Shown: positions 1 to 11,858 of the stretch, piece by piece
How the letters are laid out: each line of letters begins with the position of its first letter
Position numbering within the stretch: the stretch's first letter is position 1
Source of the DNA: Phallusia mammillata
Taxonomy: Eukaryota
Assembly (NCBI GenBank): GCA_965637545.1
Contig: OZ281497.1
Coordinates: 14,880,001 to 14,944,000, forward strand
DNA length: 64,000 bases
Reading direction: 5' to 3'
Notes under the pieces: model-generated
Database searches by the model: none
Seen by the model: the letters and a program-made list of their open reading frames with translations, nothing else
Told to the model about the DNA's origin: nothing
Position numbers and translations under genes: made by a program

Positions 1-70
1 TCTCTTTGTGAGCGATTGTGCTGTGAACGGTCGCCCGGGAAAGGCGCCATCATGTGAACCGTTTGCCGCA

Positions 71-3000
71 CTAGTGGTCCGCGACCTGCACACAGCGTTG
101 CGGTATAAGATGGTAAACATAGCTCAAAGGACGTTCTCTACTGTAAAAATGATTAATTAACAGCACACTGACTTAAACCAGCACCATCCAGTCAAAAAGA
201 AAGTAATGTGAAATAAAGACGTGGACATGTTGTTTCGTATAAGCATTCTATCAAAGCTATTTGATTTTTAGCAAACAAAACTATTAAAAAAGATTCGAGT
301 TCATTAACTATTTTACATGAATGGAAACATTTGATTACAGTCAACAACGTGTTTTGGGCACATTACTTTCTCTCTTCAAAGTCAACGTCGCGTTGTATTG
401 TGTGCGAACGGACACAAAGCGCAAGTAACAACAGACAGACGTACTTGGCTGATCTCGGCGGCGTTGTTATAGTCGATTCGCATCCTTTTGATGGAGCGGT
501 GAGATCAAGATCTTTGTCGACCCGAGACATTGTCGAGTGGGGTCGGTAACCGCTGTTTGTAAGATGGACGAAACCGACAGGAAGTTGATCGTAAGACAGA
601 AGTTTATGAAACACCACGGGCAAGGAGTCGTTTTCACCCTGTTGTAAGTAAAGTATGTTAAACGCTTTGCGTGGTTCTATCCCAACAACAGATTTTTTAC
701 ACGGTGTGATAATGAAAAAATGCCAAATGTGAAACTTCGCACACATTGTAATAAAAGTACTCCAGCAGCATGTGTATTAAAGCTGCTGATTGCAATAACC
801 TGTTGAAAACTTACAACATTGATGAGGTTTACTTACCAAGTTACTTATGGTACCATTTTTCGCTTTGGTTTCAATCACCCTTGCGTCGTTTTGTTTTAGT
901 TGCTCATCCCACGACAGAGGAAAAACTGTACCATCTGCAATCTCCGCAACACGTTTCGACTTTTTGCGCTGTAAATCTTCCCTCATCTTTCTCCACTTTT
1001 CCTTTGAAATCCAAAAGGATGGTGACGCTTCCTTCAGCAATTTCCAAACCGATTCGTCAGCCACAAGTTCCATGTCGCTGTTCTTGGCGTTCTTCACATT
1101 TCGAGCAATATCAGCTAACAAGGCTGAGAGATTGCCTGAACTCGTTGAGGTCGACGGCGAGTTTGCCACATACGGATTTTCGCCGTTCGCTACTCCGACG
1201 AAGCGAAGTAAAGTAAATTTACGGTCTTCCTCTTGGGGTGTGTCGGCATTTTCGGGTTTGTGGTCTTGCATTTTGTCATCGCTTCCCAACTCCGACTCCG
1301 CCTTTTCCTCCTCTACTGATTCTATAGAGTCTCCTTTTCCTGATGAACTGGCTTTGTCTTCTCTATAAATCAACATAATGTGGCGTAATATTTTAAACAA
1401 CCATGACACATATACAGTAGTTATAACACAACTAGCAAAGTTTAGAGCAAAATTATATTTGTGAAAATCCCCTTTTATACAGCTTTATTAACAAATGTTA
1501 CGTTTTCGCGTCACTTGTGAAGTCTGTTTGTTGATTTTCTTCGTCATCCCATGAAATGTCATCATTACCTGTTGCGGTTCCATTTTGAGATTTCTTGACA
1601 ACCTGTCGTAATACAATTGTTGCTTACAGTTGTTGCAATTTTTAAACACGAATATCACAAAGACACGAAAATGTATATTCACCTTCATCGAGTCCGAAAC
1701 AACATTTCCGTTGACACCGATTCTTATTCCTGCTTTAGACTGCAACTGATTGATTACTGTTTCACTAACTCGTGATTCAATGTTGTAGTAATCATCAGCA
1801 TGTTTTTCTAGAAAATATACAAATTCTGTTTTCCAATGGCTCAAACCATATTCACCCATCCAGCCTTTCAACCAGTTTGTAAAATAGGAAAATATTAAAA
1901 AGTTGGTTAATATTTAACCTAATTTGCGTCTTAGCCTGTACATAAAGCAAACACCTGTGAACGATGTTAAGATCGGTTGTTGTTTGGACGGATCTTTGCC
2001 GGCAAAACTGTACCACTGAGATGAAGGTCCAAACTGAGGAGGGGCGCCTAGCTGTCGTTCAAACCTGGGTAGAGTTTATTGAGTTACTATAACAACGAAA
2101 ACAATGCAATTATTCTTGTCAGCTTATGTGAAAAACTGTACCTGGGAGCCGACTTTTTCTCCTCTCGTGGAAGTGAATTAGCTGTTTCTTCCCAACCGGG
2201 AAGTTTGGAAGACTGGAAACCGTTCAAATCTCCGTTAAAGTATGATGGTGGTGTGGAGTCGGAAACAACCCACATATCTTTGCCAGTTACCTTTCACGAC
2301 ATTGCAACAAATTTAAATCTTTGCATAACTAGAAAGGTGGCTTTCTAATATACTTCCATTTTATATATTCTTTACGATATTTACCAATTTACTATACATC
2401 GTTTGATCTACACATATGCAAGCAAAAACAAATGGGTCCCCACACGCGTGTTTGTGCGGATTTACGGTAAACAAACATCCTGGTTATTTTTAGATTCTTA
2501 AGGAAAAACTTAAAAACAGTAAATAACTACAAAAAAACAGTAAATAAGAATGGGAAAAATACTTTTAATTTAATCTCATGCTTTGATCTTGATATTGTTG
2601 TTCAAGGTCAGTTTTTAAACACAATTTTCCAAAACTGAAAATGTGTTACACAATTATTACGTCACACATGCTCTGTGGCGCCCCCAGTGTTTGTTTCGTA
2701 ACGGCGATGCTCGACGTGGCAGGTGAATGCACGTGGTAGTCGTGATTTGGTCGTTGTGCAAGACAGATGTAATTTTCCTGTCTGGATTTTATATGCCGGT
2801 TTTTATATTGCCAATAAAGATTGCAACAACTGTTAACTGCAGGTCCATATCGAACTGAAAAGGCGCGTTACAAATGTGCGTGATAACTTAATAAAACGAC
2901 AAAGCATAGCTGCGCAAAAACAGCTGATTTCTAATCACCGACACGTCAAGCTGAGCACTCCCGCTGCATTCACCCGCCTTAATCGTAAACAAGTGAATTA

Positions 3001-4373
3001 CCCCGTATGAGAGTTGAGACTTTTCAAACTGACAGTGTACACATATTATGGGCTGTTCTTTAGTCAGTACAGCCGTTTTAATTTTTTTCGTTTAGGGGGG
3101 CTGTGGGTGAACCGCTGGGTCGTTTGGGGTCACACTTCAGGAGGATCAAATTTGGATTAATGACTAACATCTGAGGAAATTTGAATAAATTTAAAGCACT
3201 CTTTCTTGACCAAATGCATTTAACAAACCAGCGTTAGACATAAACGATATTTTGGGGTTTAATGGGTGAAAATGGGTAACTCTTTTTTAAGGTACGAAAT
3301 TCATTGAAATACCTTATATTGCACCAAAAAACAAAGCATATAACTCCTAAATGAAGTACTTTAGTCAGTACAGCCATTTTAAAAAATTTACGTTTTGGGT
3401 GCCTGTGGGTGAACCGCTGGGTCATTCGGGGTTAAACTTCAGGAGGATCAAATTTGGATTAATAACTAACATGTTTCTAAATTTTGTAAAAAATGAAGCA
3501 CTCTTTCTTGACCAAACGCGTATAACAAACCAGCGTTAGACAGACAGAAAAAAAAGAAAAAAGGAAAAAAAAGAAAAAAGAACAAAAATACAGACAAAAA
3601 CAATATGTGTCCCCTTCATAGAAGGTGACCTACAATAAATATATTCGCAGAAACAGGTAACGATTATAGTACTCTGAAACTTGAACTTTGGTACACATTT
3701 GCTAGCAAGCATACAACGTACCTTTACTGTTGCAAACGGTCCAGGCCTTCTATCCCATTTGCTTTCCTCTTCCACTGCTCGTGGTGAAGGTCTTCCATGG
3801 CTAGTTTGGGATCGTTTATGAGAATTCAATGAGCGGCAACCAAGACTGACTTTTCCAAAACCTGGAAGTGATGACGATGTGAACGGACGGGTTTTGTAAG
3901 TTGTGTTTCGTGTCTGCGAAAGAAACGTCTGTTGTGTTGAAATGGGCTATATTTAAACAAGCTCTTTTTAAACTAAGTAGGGTGTCCAACCGCACAATTA
4001 CAATCAAATGTACAACTTGATTCGACACAAATATCAGACCCGAACAACTTTTATATAAAACTTAATTGTATAGCCGTTATTAGCATGTAATCAATTTTGA
4101 AACACAGTGATCCTAGTTTAGAAAACCTTGGGAGGAGTGTGTGTGAGAGGTTTGTTCACGATATCCATCATAACTTCGTCTCGCGCGTCACTTGGTCCAA
4201 CATCAACTCCCGGTCGTGTGAACGCCATCTTAGTGACGGAGGTACTTGATGATGTCATTTGCGATTCGGGGCGCGGAATGTTTCGTCTTCGATTGACCTT
4301 CGTTGATTTTCCGACGTTTGTACTTGAGGTCAGAGGTCGACTTGTGGCAATACGTTTTCGTGACGGAGCTGAC
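71..4373 (-). CDS. Uncharacterised multi-exon protein-coding gene, 3' part (hydrophilic, Ser/Thr/charged-rich)
   Basis: Exons with canonical GT/AG: 4373-4127 (SAPSRKRIATSRPL...HTPPK), 3928-3722 (TFLSQTRN...PFATVK), about 2290-2142, 2064-1955 (FERQLGAPPQFGPSSQWYSF), 1864-1683 (GWMGEYGLSHWKTEFVYFLEKH), 1602-1569, about 1360-837, 638-445, 140-71 (ends TAG). Most junctions are phase-consistent. The links between 3722 and 2290 and the acceptor near 1360 are ambiguous, and I did not find the 5' end. No domain recognised. Confidence 0.65.
3058..3541. repeat. Diverged direct repeat pair (about 183-bp blocks, 301-bp period) in an intron
   Basis: 3058-3240 and 3359-3541 both start ctttagtcagtacagcc, share gtgggtgaaccgctgggtc and cttcaggaggatcaaatttggattaa, and end aacaaaccagcgttagaca, with many substitutions in between. 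Confidence 0.85.
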
Positions 4374-5763
4374 CTATGGTATGATATAAAGCAATTTGTT
4401 TAACTCTTTGGCTTGAGAAGTCATAAGATCACAATCAATTATTGAAATAGAAATTATAAACGTGCCAAGTTGTGTTTTTGAAACTTGGAGTCTCATCAGT
4501 AGACAAAAACCACAAATACAAGCTACTTTGAACGGGTTTTCGAAGTTTTCTTTGTGTCTTGTATGTCTGGAAAACTTCTGTTTCTAAATAAAAAAGGTTG
4601 TGCGGAAGCGACGAACATTTTAGCCCTTTATTCGAAAGCTTTTATCAGGCATTTTGTGATAAGAAACAGGCGTGAGTCGAAAGCGATTTTACCGTACACT
4701 GGTCAACAATTAACAATGGGTACGGGATATTCGGGGCAACTCGATAACCATAAACACATAGCACAGAAATGTAGGAGTAACATCCACAGCTAGTATAAAT
4801 GGATAATCAATGTCACCAGATCAAGCTGATTGGACGGTCACAATAACCCGGTGTTGTTGCTTGTGAAATTGTATCCAACTATGCGCTTCTGTCGCTGGCC
4901 GGGTTACTCGCTTAGAATTACGTTTTTAAGATGTCGATATTGTTGACAGCGTCACACTACACCAAACGAAATCACTGACTCTGTTGCGAGTGTAAACGCG
5001 AAATAACAGCACTGAAATGTCGCTACGTTAGTGGGATAATTTCTTCTCCACATTTCCGTGCTCCTGGCATGTCGCCCCCTTGTTTGTCTGTCGTAAATTC
5101 ATGTCCTATAGATAATTCATAAGTCGCACCTGCCTCAGCATATCCTGAAGATCTCGCTCCTCGGCGATTTTGAAAACTGTGTATGAGACAATGCAAATGT
5201 GTATTGTCAACCTTGTGTTACATAATTTACCGCACAATGCAACCTCGTTTCATAAAGCTGCGTTACAACATACAAAATGACAATTAGCGAAAGTTTGGAA
5301 TGTGGTGGAGAGGGTCGGAAGGGCATAGCTTGCCATCTTGTCATCAAAGTGGGTCCGCAGCGCGTGCGCCGCCGCAAGTTCGAGAATGCTTGTGGTAATC
5401 GCACAGCCGTGGTTCTGGTGGCTCTGCGAGTTAGTACCAGCAGCAGGACAATGGCGGCAAGCAACAAAACAAACTTTGGAGTCCCGATCAAGTACTGTCC
5501 ATTCACTGTGGGCTGGGCCGCCGAGGCGAGCGCTCACACAAAACACATCGAAGCGGATTTGTAAAAATAACACGGTCCACGGTCACCAAAGTTTCTCCCA
5601 AAATTCAATTCGTTTTGTTAGTGCCTAATATCGTAGTTAAGTATAATAAAATCCAATACTGCTATATTACGACAGGTCCTTACAAATTCTCGCAAATTTT
5701 AATGCTGCGCACAGTAAACATATCCTAACATGCTGATATAGGAGTAAAACAGAAACTAATCAC

Positions 5764-6943
5764 CTTGTTCGCTGCGTTGACAGAACAATCCTCTCACGAT
5801 CTTCGTCCAGTATCTGGTCGACGGTCTTTTGTCGTGACAGATTCGTGCGCTTGATTCCCAAGAGATTTATCTGGTCATGTATCACCGCTGACAGCGGCAT
5901 TTCTGTTGGGTCTATAACCTCATATTTGGAGTCGATGTCCCCGAGAGATCTCTGTCAAAGGCACGAGTGACGTTACTGAGCACCAATAAACACTGAGGCT
6001 ATATTAGCTCGTAAAACGACACAGAACAAACTTAAGAGTTCACAAATTAACGAGCTGGTTAAGCATGGCAACGATGCAAACACAGCAAGCAGAAAATCAA
6101 TTTGGAGGGCAATTTCCTAGTGTATTGCTAGGTTACGGAAAACGACCGGTAACTTAACTTACACTAACTAGGGTATTATTGCACACCAGTCCGCCATTAA
6201 CATTCGTTGTTTAATATTGTTGTTATTAATCACAACTGATTTAGTGCTTTTCCAGATACAATTTACAAGTGCAGTTTTTTTGTAACGCTTCTTCCTATGA
6301 GTGAACATTGTTTATCATCTATATAAGGCAGTTAAAAGTCACAAAACAGCATTCACTGTATTTCTCACTGCAGACAGAAATAGCACTTGGTACAGCTATA
6401 ATCACCCAACTGCGTTTAAAGCTTCAGATCATAATATACTTGATGCCTGACATTTTGAAGCGTTTTAACCCGCAAATGTTACCGAACGGTTAATAGATGT
6501 ACATGATTAAGTTCACTATCAGAAAACTGGTTTTATAAAACACACATAAAACCAATAAGTATTCATAATAATCCTGTTTCATTGACTTGAATCACGTAGC
6601 ATAATATTTGTTTAGCTTGGAGCGTATACTACAACTCCTGTGAGTGTGGTTACTTTGTAAGAATTGGATGTATTCATTGTTGTTGACAACCATTGAGTAC
6701 AAAATTAATCGATCTGTATCAGGCAAAGTCCGCACAATGACATGTTTCATTGAATCCATAAGAATGGTAAACATTCATAGAGCAGGCGACGTTTATTGAG
6801 TTTCTAAAATTGCCATGTATACTTACATGCTTCGACTTTTGTAGCACGAAAGAAGTGTGTGCATCCAAATATTCCAAGGCTGCGATGATTCTATCCGCCA
6901 TTGCCAATATCTTTAAGGTTCTTATCTTTAACGATATATTTTT
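5764..6943 (-). CDS. Probable coding exons of an unidentified gene (may be the 5' continuation of the 71-4373 gene or a separate gene)
   Basis: Two open exons with good splice sites: 6943-6827 (KNISLKIRTLKILAMADRIIAALEYLDAHTSFVLQKSKH, caacag/gtaagt) and 5951-5764 (RSLGDIDSKYEVIDPTEMPLSAVIHDQINLLGIKRTNL..., ttgacag/gtgatt). They are phase-compatible (0-0). I could not chain them reliably to their neighbours. Confidence 0.4.
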
Positions 6944-8759
6944 CTGTTGGTAGGTAGAAAGTAACAATAAATCCTACACAATGCACTTTAAAAATTGCAG
7001 TAAAACTGCAACAGACCAGACAGCAAACACTTTATTCCAGACTACGACCTACTTGTTACTGTACTACTCATTACCATCGAATCGTGAGAAACTTAACTTT
7101 TCCCATCGAAGTTTATTTAAACCCTTAAAGTGATATGAATCAGTCGCCTATAAGAGCAATCGTTGACACCGCAAAATTACCCCCAAACTGTATCTGAAGT
7201 ACGGATAAAGAACACGATTGTAACTAGTCCGTCTGTCCGAGCAATTCTTCCAACCCTCAATCTTCCAACAACGAATGCATGGACACATAAATATTTTAAA
7301 CGTTCGCAACCGAAAATTTCATTGATGGTCCTTGGCCATGTTTCTGCATACATCGTTACCTGTAAATCGTGATGCTGGTCCTACTAGCTTTAAACGCTGT
7401 ATTTTGAGACAATATCTCTTTCTTCGCAAAGCAGTGAAGTGGTTTTGACGCACAACTAACCGGTCATTTACTGAAGTTGAAACGAGCGGCGCTTCTTGCT
7501 ACTACGTTAGTTGACAAAGCACTTACTCAAAATCTCCACCCGCACTTGTGCCTGCAAAGTATTGCCGATTACTGCAATTTGCTACACTACAGACCTTGAG
7601 TTGAGCCCGAGGAGGGATTAAATTGGCGATTTGTAAACACCAACGTCGACTTGTGATTTGCAGTTCAAAACCTTAATATTGTTGGGGCGTAATTAAACCT
7701 CGCAGTAACAACAAACTTCTATACGATCAGCAAAAGAGGCAATTACTATGACAGAACTTCTTGTTTTGGTACACCAAAATGAGCAAGCAACTTTGAGGAC
7801 ACCAGCACAATGTGATGTACATGTTTACTGTCAACTTACCTACACCCTGACTTTCAGTATGGATGCTACTAAAGAACAGGATAGGTGCGAAACCAAAACC
7901 GCTAAACACATGAATCATCACATCTTGACAAACCACCGGTCATACACTCCAAACGCGTCGCGTCGCCCCCTGCTTTAACGAGAAACCAAAGCTGTTCCAT
8001 TGTGCTACTTTTCTTGTAGGGTGGCTTTAGCCGCGATAAGACGCGTTGAACGTTGCCTAAAATGAAACACGAATCGCCGATGTGCCACTGTACCAGGCCT
8101 TTTCGTTTTCTACGACCGTCGACGTCAGTACACAAACTTGCCTTCAATACTTGGCCGATAATAATATGCTGGCGTGTGGAGACATGGAGTTCGTACAATA
8201 TCCCAGTGACAGTCGATAACTCACAAATTTGCTTTTGGTAATACACATATAACCCACCCAAAGCCATTGTCATACATTCAGTCGTCGAGAGACTTTGGCA
8301 AACAATATACCTTACGATTATATGGATATTAATGTTGAATGAACTTGTTGAAATTTGTTGCCTTGGTTGTACTGCCTTACGTGATAAAATTTTATGTTTT
8401 GTGAACATTCAAGCAGTAAATTGCACAAAGTTGTTTGCCAGTTGTGCAGTAAAACACCTTATTTGGCGCTATATACTCCAATGGAGGTCGGGGTTTGACA
8501 ACTATCGCTTTCTCAAAGTGCCTGTCCTTACATTGGCTGTACAGTGTTTGATTTAAGGCCTGGGAAAGTTGTTTTGAGCGATTTTCCTGCTACATGCTCT
8601 GGAACAGCACTTTTACATTGTAATCTTTAAATCTCACTGTGGATGCGGTAAAATATTCATTATTTGATTGATTGTGCTAGTTCCATGTAAATAGTGTCAG
8701 CTTAACTTGTTTTGCAGCAAAGCCATAATTGCTTAACCTATTTGTTATGCATAATTTTT

Positions 8760-9335
8760 AGGTTCATTTAAAAAAGAGTAGGAAAGGCACTAAGTCCCCG
8801 CCCCTTTCAACTTGTTTTATTCAGCTTACTAATAATCCAGATTAGGCACAAGCAACCGAATTACCAGCAGTTGCACTAAGGTATAGCGGTATGTTGTTCA
8901 GAGTAATATCGATTGAGCCAAATTCTCAAATTCTACTAAATGAGGAAATGCGTTTTGGCCATAAAGAATGTAGTGAGTTCAAAGTTTTAAATTACCCTTA
9001 TAAGTATTTTAATGCAAAAACCTGTTACGCACCAAAAGAAAACCTATGAATAACAGATAAGAAACATTTATTTGAGGTCCAACCTCAACAACTTTTGCCC
9101 ACAGCTTAAATCGGCACATTAGGAAGATGCCAAAAAAGGCAACACGAGCAAAGCGCACAAAACGCAAAATACAGTGGAAAGAAAACGGATGTCGTAAAGG
9201 CAGAAATCGTACGTCTGTGTTTACTGCAATACAGCATCTGTACGCAACAAAAGTCCAGCGGAGTCCTCGCTTCGAGTCTCGCTGAAAAAAAACTGTTGGA
9301 AAGCAGCACCTAGCGGCAAGATCGGGTTTTAGTAC
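8760..9335 (-). repeat. Diverged copy of the NHL gene 3'UTR and 3' flank, lacking the coding exons
   Basis: Aligns to 9954-10540. It is near-identical over the first ~340 bp and visibly more diverged over about 9100-9310, with many substitutions and loss of ctgcctaataaatatgg. It ends at the last codon and stop (minus-strand TAC TAA). Confidence 0.85.
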
Positions 9336-10536
9336 CTAGCGGCAAGATCGGGTTTTTTATAGGGCACATATATGGTGATTAACTGAAAATTGTGGATTAT
9401 AATATATAGCTGTAGTTATTATAATCTATCATTGGTTCAAAACCCAATGATGTAATATTTTACTAGGTCAATGCATTTTGATCCAAAGGTTATTAAACGG
9501 ATTGCACCACAATATGAATCAGTCCACGTTACACCAGCCATACGTCAAATAGGGAAGTGTGAGGAGATACTAGAGTTTCGACCTACGAGTTTGGCCAAAA
9601 TTATAAACACGAAGTCATATTGCATTATATAAATCATATTGACTTGCATACGAAACCTGCAGAGTCTTGTGATCATACTGTTCAGAATTCCCGAAAATGA
9701 TTCCCCTTTCAGAAAAAGGAGAAAAAACCCCTAAAGAACGCATAAAGATTCACGCTTGTGTTAACAATTTTGTAGAACTGAAATCCCCTATAGGCAAAAA
9801 TAGGCTACCTATTCATTGACAGCTTGGCAAGATTTACGGTTAAATAAAATTTTCTTCCGAAAGAATTTACTAACCTGTCGATCTCACTGCAACAGACTTT
9901 GCGAATTTAAACATATTTCTGCCATGTTCTGCCGTGTTTTTTAAACATTTTCAGGTTCATTTAAAAAGATTAGGAAAGGCACTAAGTCCCCGCCCCTTTC
10001 AACCTGTTTTATTCAGCTTACTAATAATCCAGATTAGGCACAAGCAACCGAATTACCAGCAGTTGCACTATGGTATAGCGGTATGTTGTTCAGAGTAATA
10101 TCGATTGAGCCAAATTCTCAAATTCTACTAAATGAGGAAATGCGTTTTAGCCATAAAGAATGTAGTGAGTTCAAAGTTTTAAATTGCCCTTATAAGTATT
10201 TTAATGCAAAAACCTGTTACGCACCAAAAGAAAACCTATGAATAACAGAGAAGAAACATTTATTTGAGGTCCAACCTCAACAACCTTTGCCCACAAACCG
10301 GCACAGTAAGAAGATGTCGAAGAAAGCAACACGAGCAAAGAACGCCCAAAACGCAAAATACAGTGGAAAGAAAATGGATGTCGTAAGGCAGAAATCGTAC
10401 GTTTGTGTTTACTACAATACAGCTGCCTAATAAATATGGCATCTGTGCGCAACAAAAGTCCAGCGAAGTCCTCGCTTCGAGTCTCGCTGAAAAAAAAAAA
10501 CTGTTGGACAGCAGCACCTAGCGGCAAGATCGGGTT

Positions 10537-11858
10537 TTAGTACGTGAACACGTAAACAGCTGTTCCGCCAAAATTTGTCACTGACAAACGATAATCTTCG
10601 GTATTATCATGCCGGGATACTGACACAGAACAAGGTAAACGTATTGCGTGTTCAGGATCTGGAACGATGTGCCGCAGAAAGTTGCCCTCGCGATCGTAGA
10701 CGGAAACTCTATTGTTCCACATATCGGCAATCACAAGGTTGTTTTCGCAATCGACCGATATACCGTACGGAAGGTCAAGTTCTCCATCGCCTCCACCTTT
10801 TGTGCCAAAGGATCGCACAAGTTCGTTTTCTTCGTCAAAAATCTAGAAATAACGTAGAAATACCAGTTACGTAACAATTTCTTAAGCATACAAAAGGTTG
10901 CGTAAAAACGAAATAGACCAGAAAAGACCGGCCCGACTTGCAACTCTACATGGTTCTTATTTATCATTGCCACATGACACTCACAAAGACTGCCTTTCTA
11001 GTTTGCCGACTTTTTTGGATTCTTATTCCTCTGTTGAAGGCAGTGATGCACTAATTACCCGCCTTAAAAGTTTCGGGCCGAAACCGAATATTCAGATAAT
11101 TTCGGCCGAATCTGGCCGAACCTAAAATCGCCTTTCTGGAGGATGTTTTTATTTAAACCTTGTGTTGTTGTTGTTGCAGGTGAACTCATTTACGAAACTC
11201 CAAACCACTTTTACGATACGTAAACTGAAAAACACATTGTTTTTGCAGACAACGTGACTCGTGTTTTTTATGGAAACTATAGATGCGAGAGTTAGGTTAA
11301 TTTATGATGCTTCAAATTGGCGATATTGAAAGTTCGTGCTCTAATTTCAGATACCAAAAAAGTTCGGTATCGGCCAAATTAAAAAAAAACTCTGGCCTAA
11401 ATCGAAACTTTGGCATTACAGAATATACAGCCAAAATGTTTCGGCCAACCGCAACTTCGGCGCATTTAGTAGTTTTGAAAGCATTGTTTTGTGCATTCAT
11501 AAGCAATGACAGAATACTTTAGTTCAAGTATGAAAGCTATTACAATCGTCAAGCGTCGCTGTCTTAGGATGCAAGGCACACTGTTCCGACTTGTGCAGCG
11601 ACAAACTGAAAACTTATGAGACAAAATTGCTTGAAACACAGGATCAATGAAACCACGAAAATTAACAATTAAAGGTAAAATAGAATATTTTTCCTACCGA
11701 TATCCTGTCTTTCCAGTCAACGACAATTATATTGTCATCACTGTCAACGGTGACGCCCACTGGACAATCAAAATCTCCGGTCAGTTTGGATATTTGTTGA
11801 CCATTCGGTGATATAATTTTTACAGCGTTGTTATCAGTATCCGTTACTATGATTTCAC
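10537..11858 (-). CDS. Duplicated terminal exon pair of the NHL gene (distal copy): exons 11858-11698 and 10842-10537
   Basis: Same splice sites (ttttacag|GT...TCG|gtagga; ttctag|ATT...TAC TAA) and the same encoded peptide as 17792-17632 and 16776-16471. Whether it is expressed is unknown. Confidence 0.75.
11041..11471. mobile_element. Possible degenerate hAT-type non-autonomous element in the NHL last intron (also present at +2967 and +5934)
   Basis: Begins cagtgatgca. There are clusters of CCGAA/TTCGG subterminal motifs at 11073-11121 and 11364-11460, and it ends ttcggcgcatttagta, which only weakly mirrors the left end. No clean TSD. Confidence 0.4.

Noticed and set aside
564-830. Plus-strand mini-gene MDETDRKLIVRQKF... 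with a gtaagt donor at about 644
   Set aside because: It lies antisense to a longer, phase-consistent minus-strand exon chain, so it is probably a shadow.
770-1368. Plus-strand ORFs 770-1216 and 847-1368 (also 4128-4403, 20205-20447, 27007-27339, 29884-30072)
   Set aside because: These are antisense shadows of real minus-strand exons.
9126-9290. Small basic plus-strand ORF MPKKATRAKRTKRK... (related short ORF at about 10314)
   Set aside because: The frame is not preserved between the two paralogous copies, and the A-rich antisense UTR sequence explains the lysine content.
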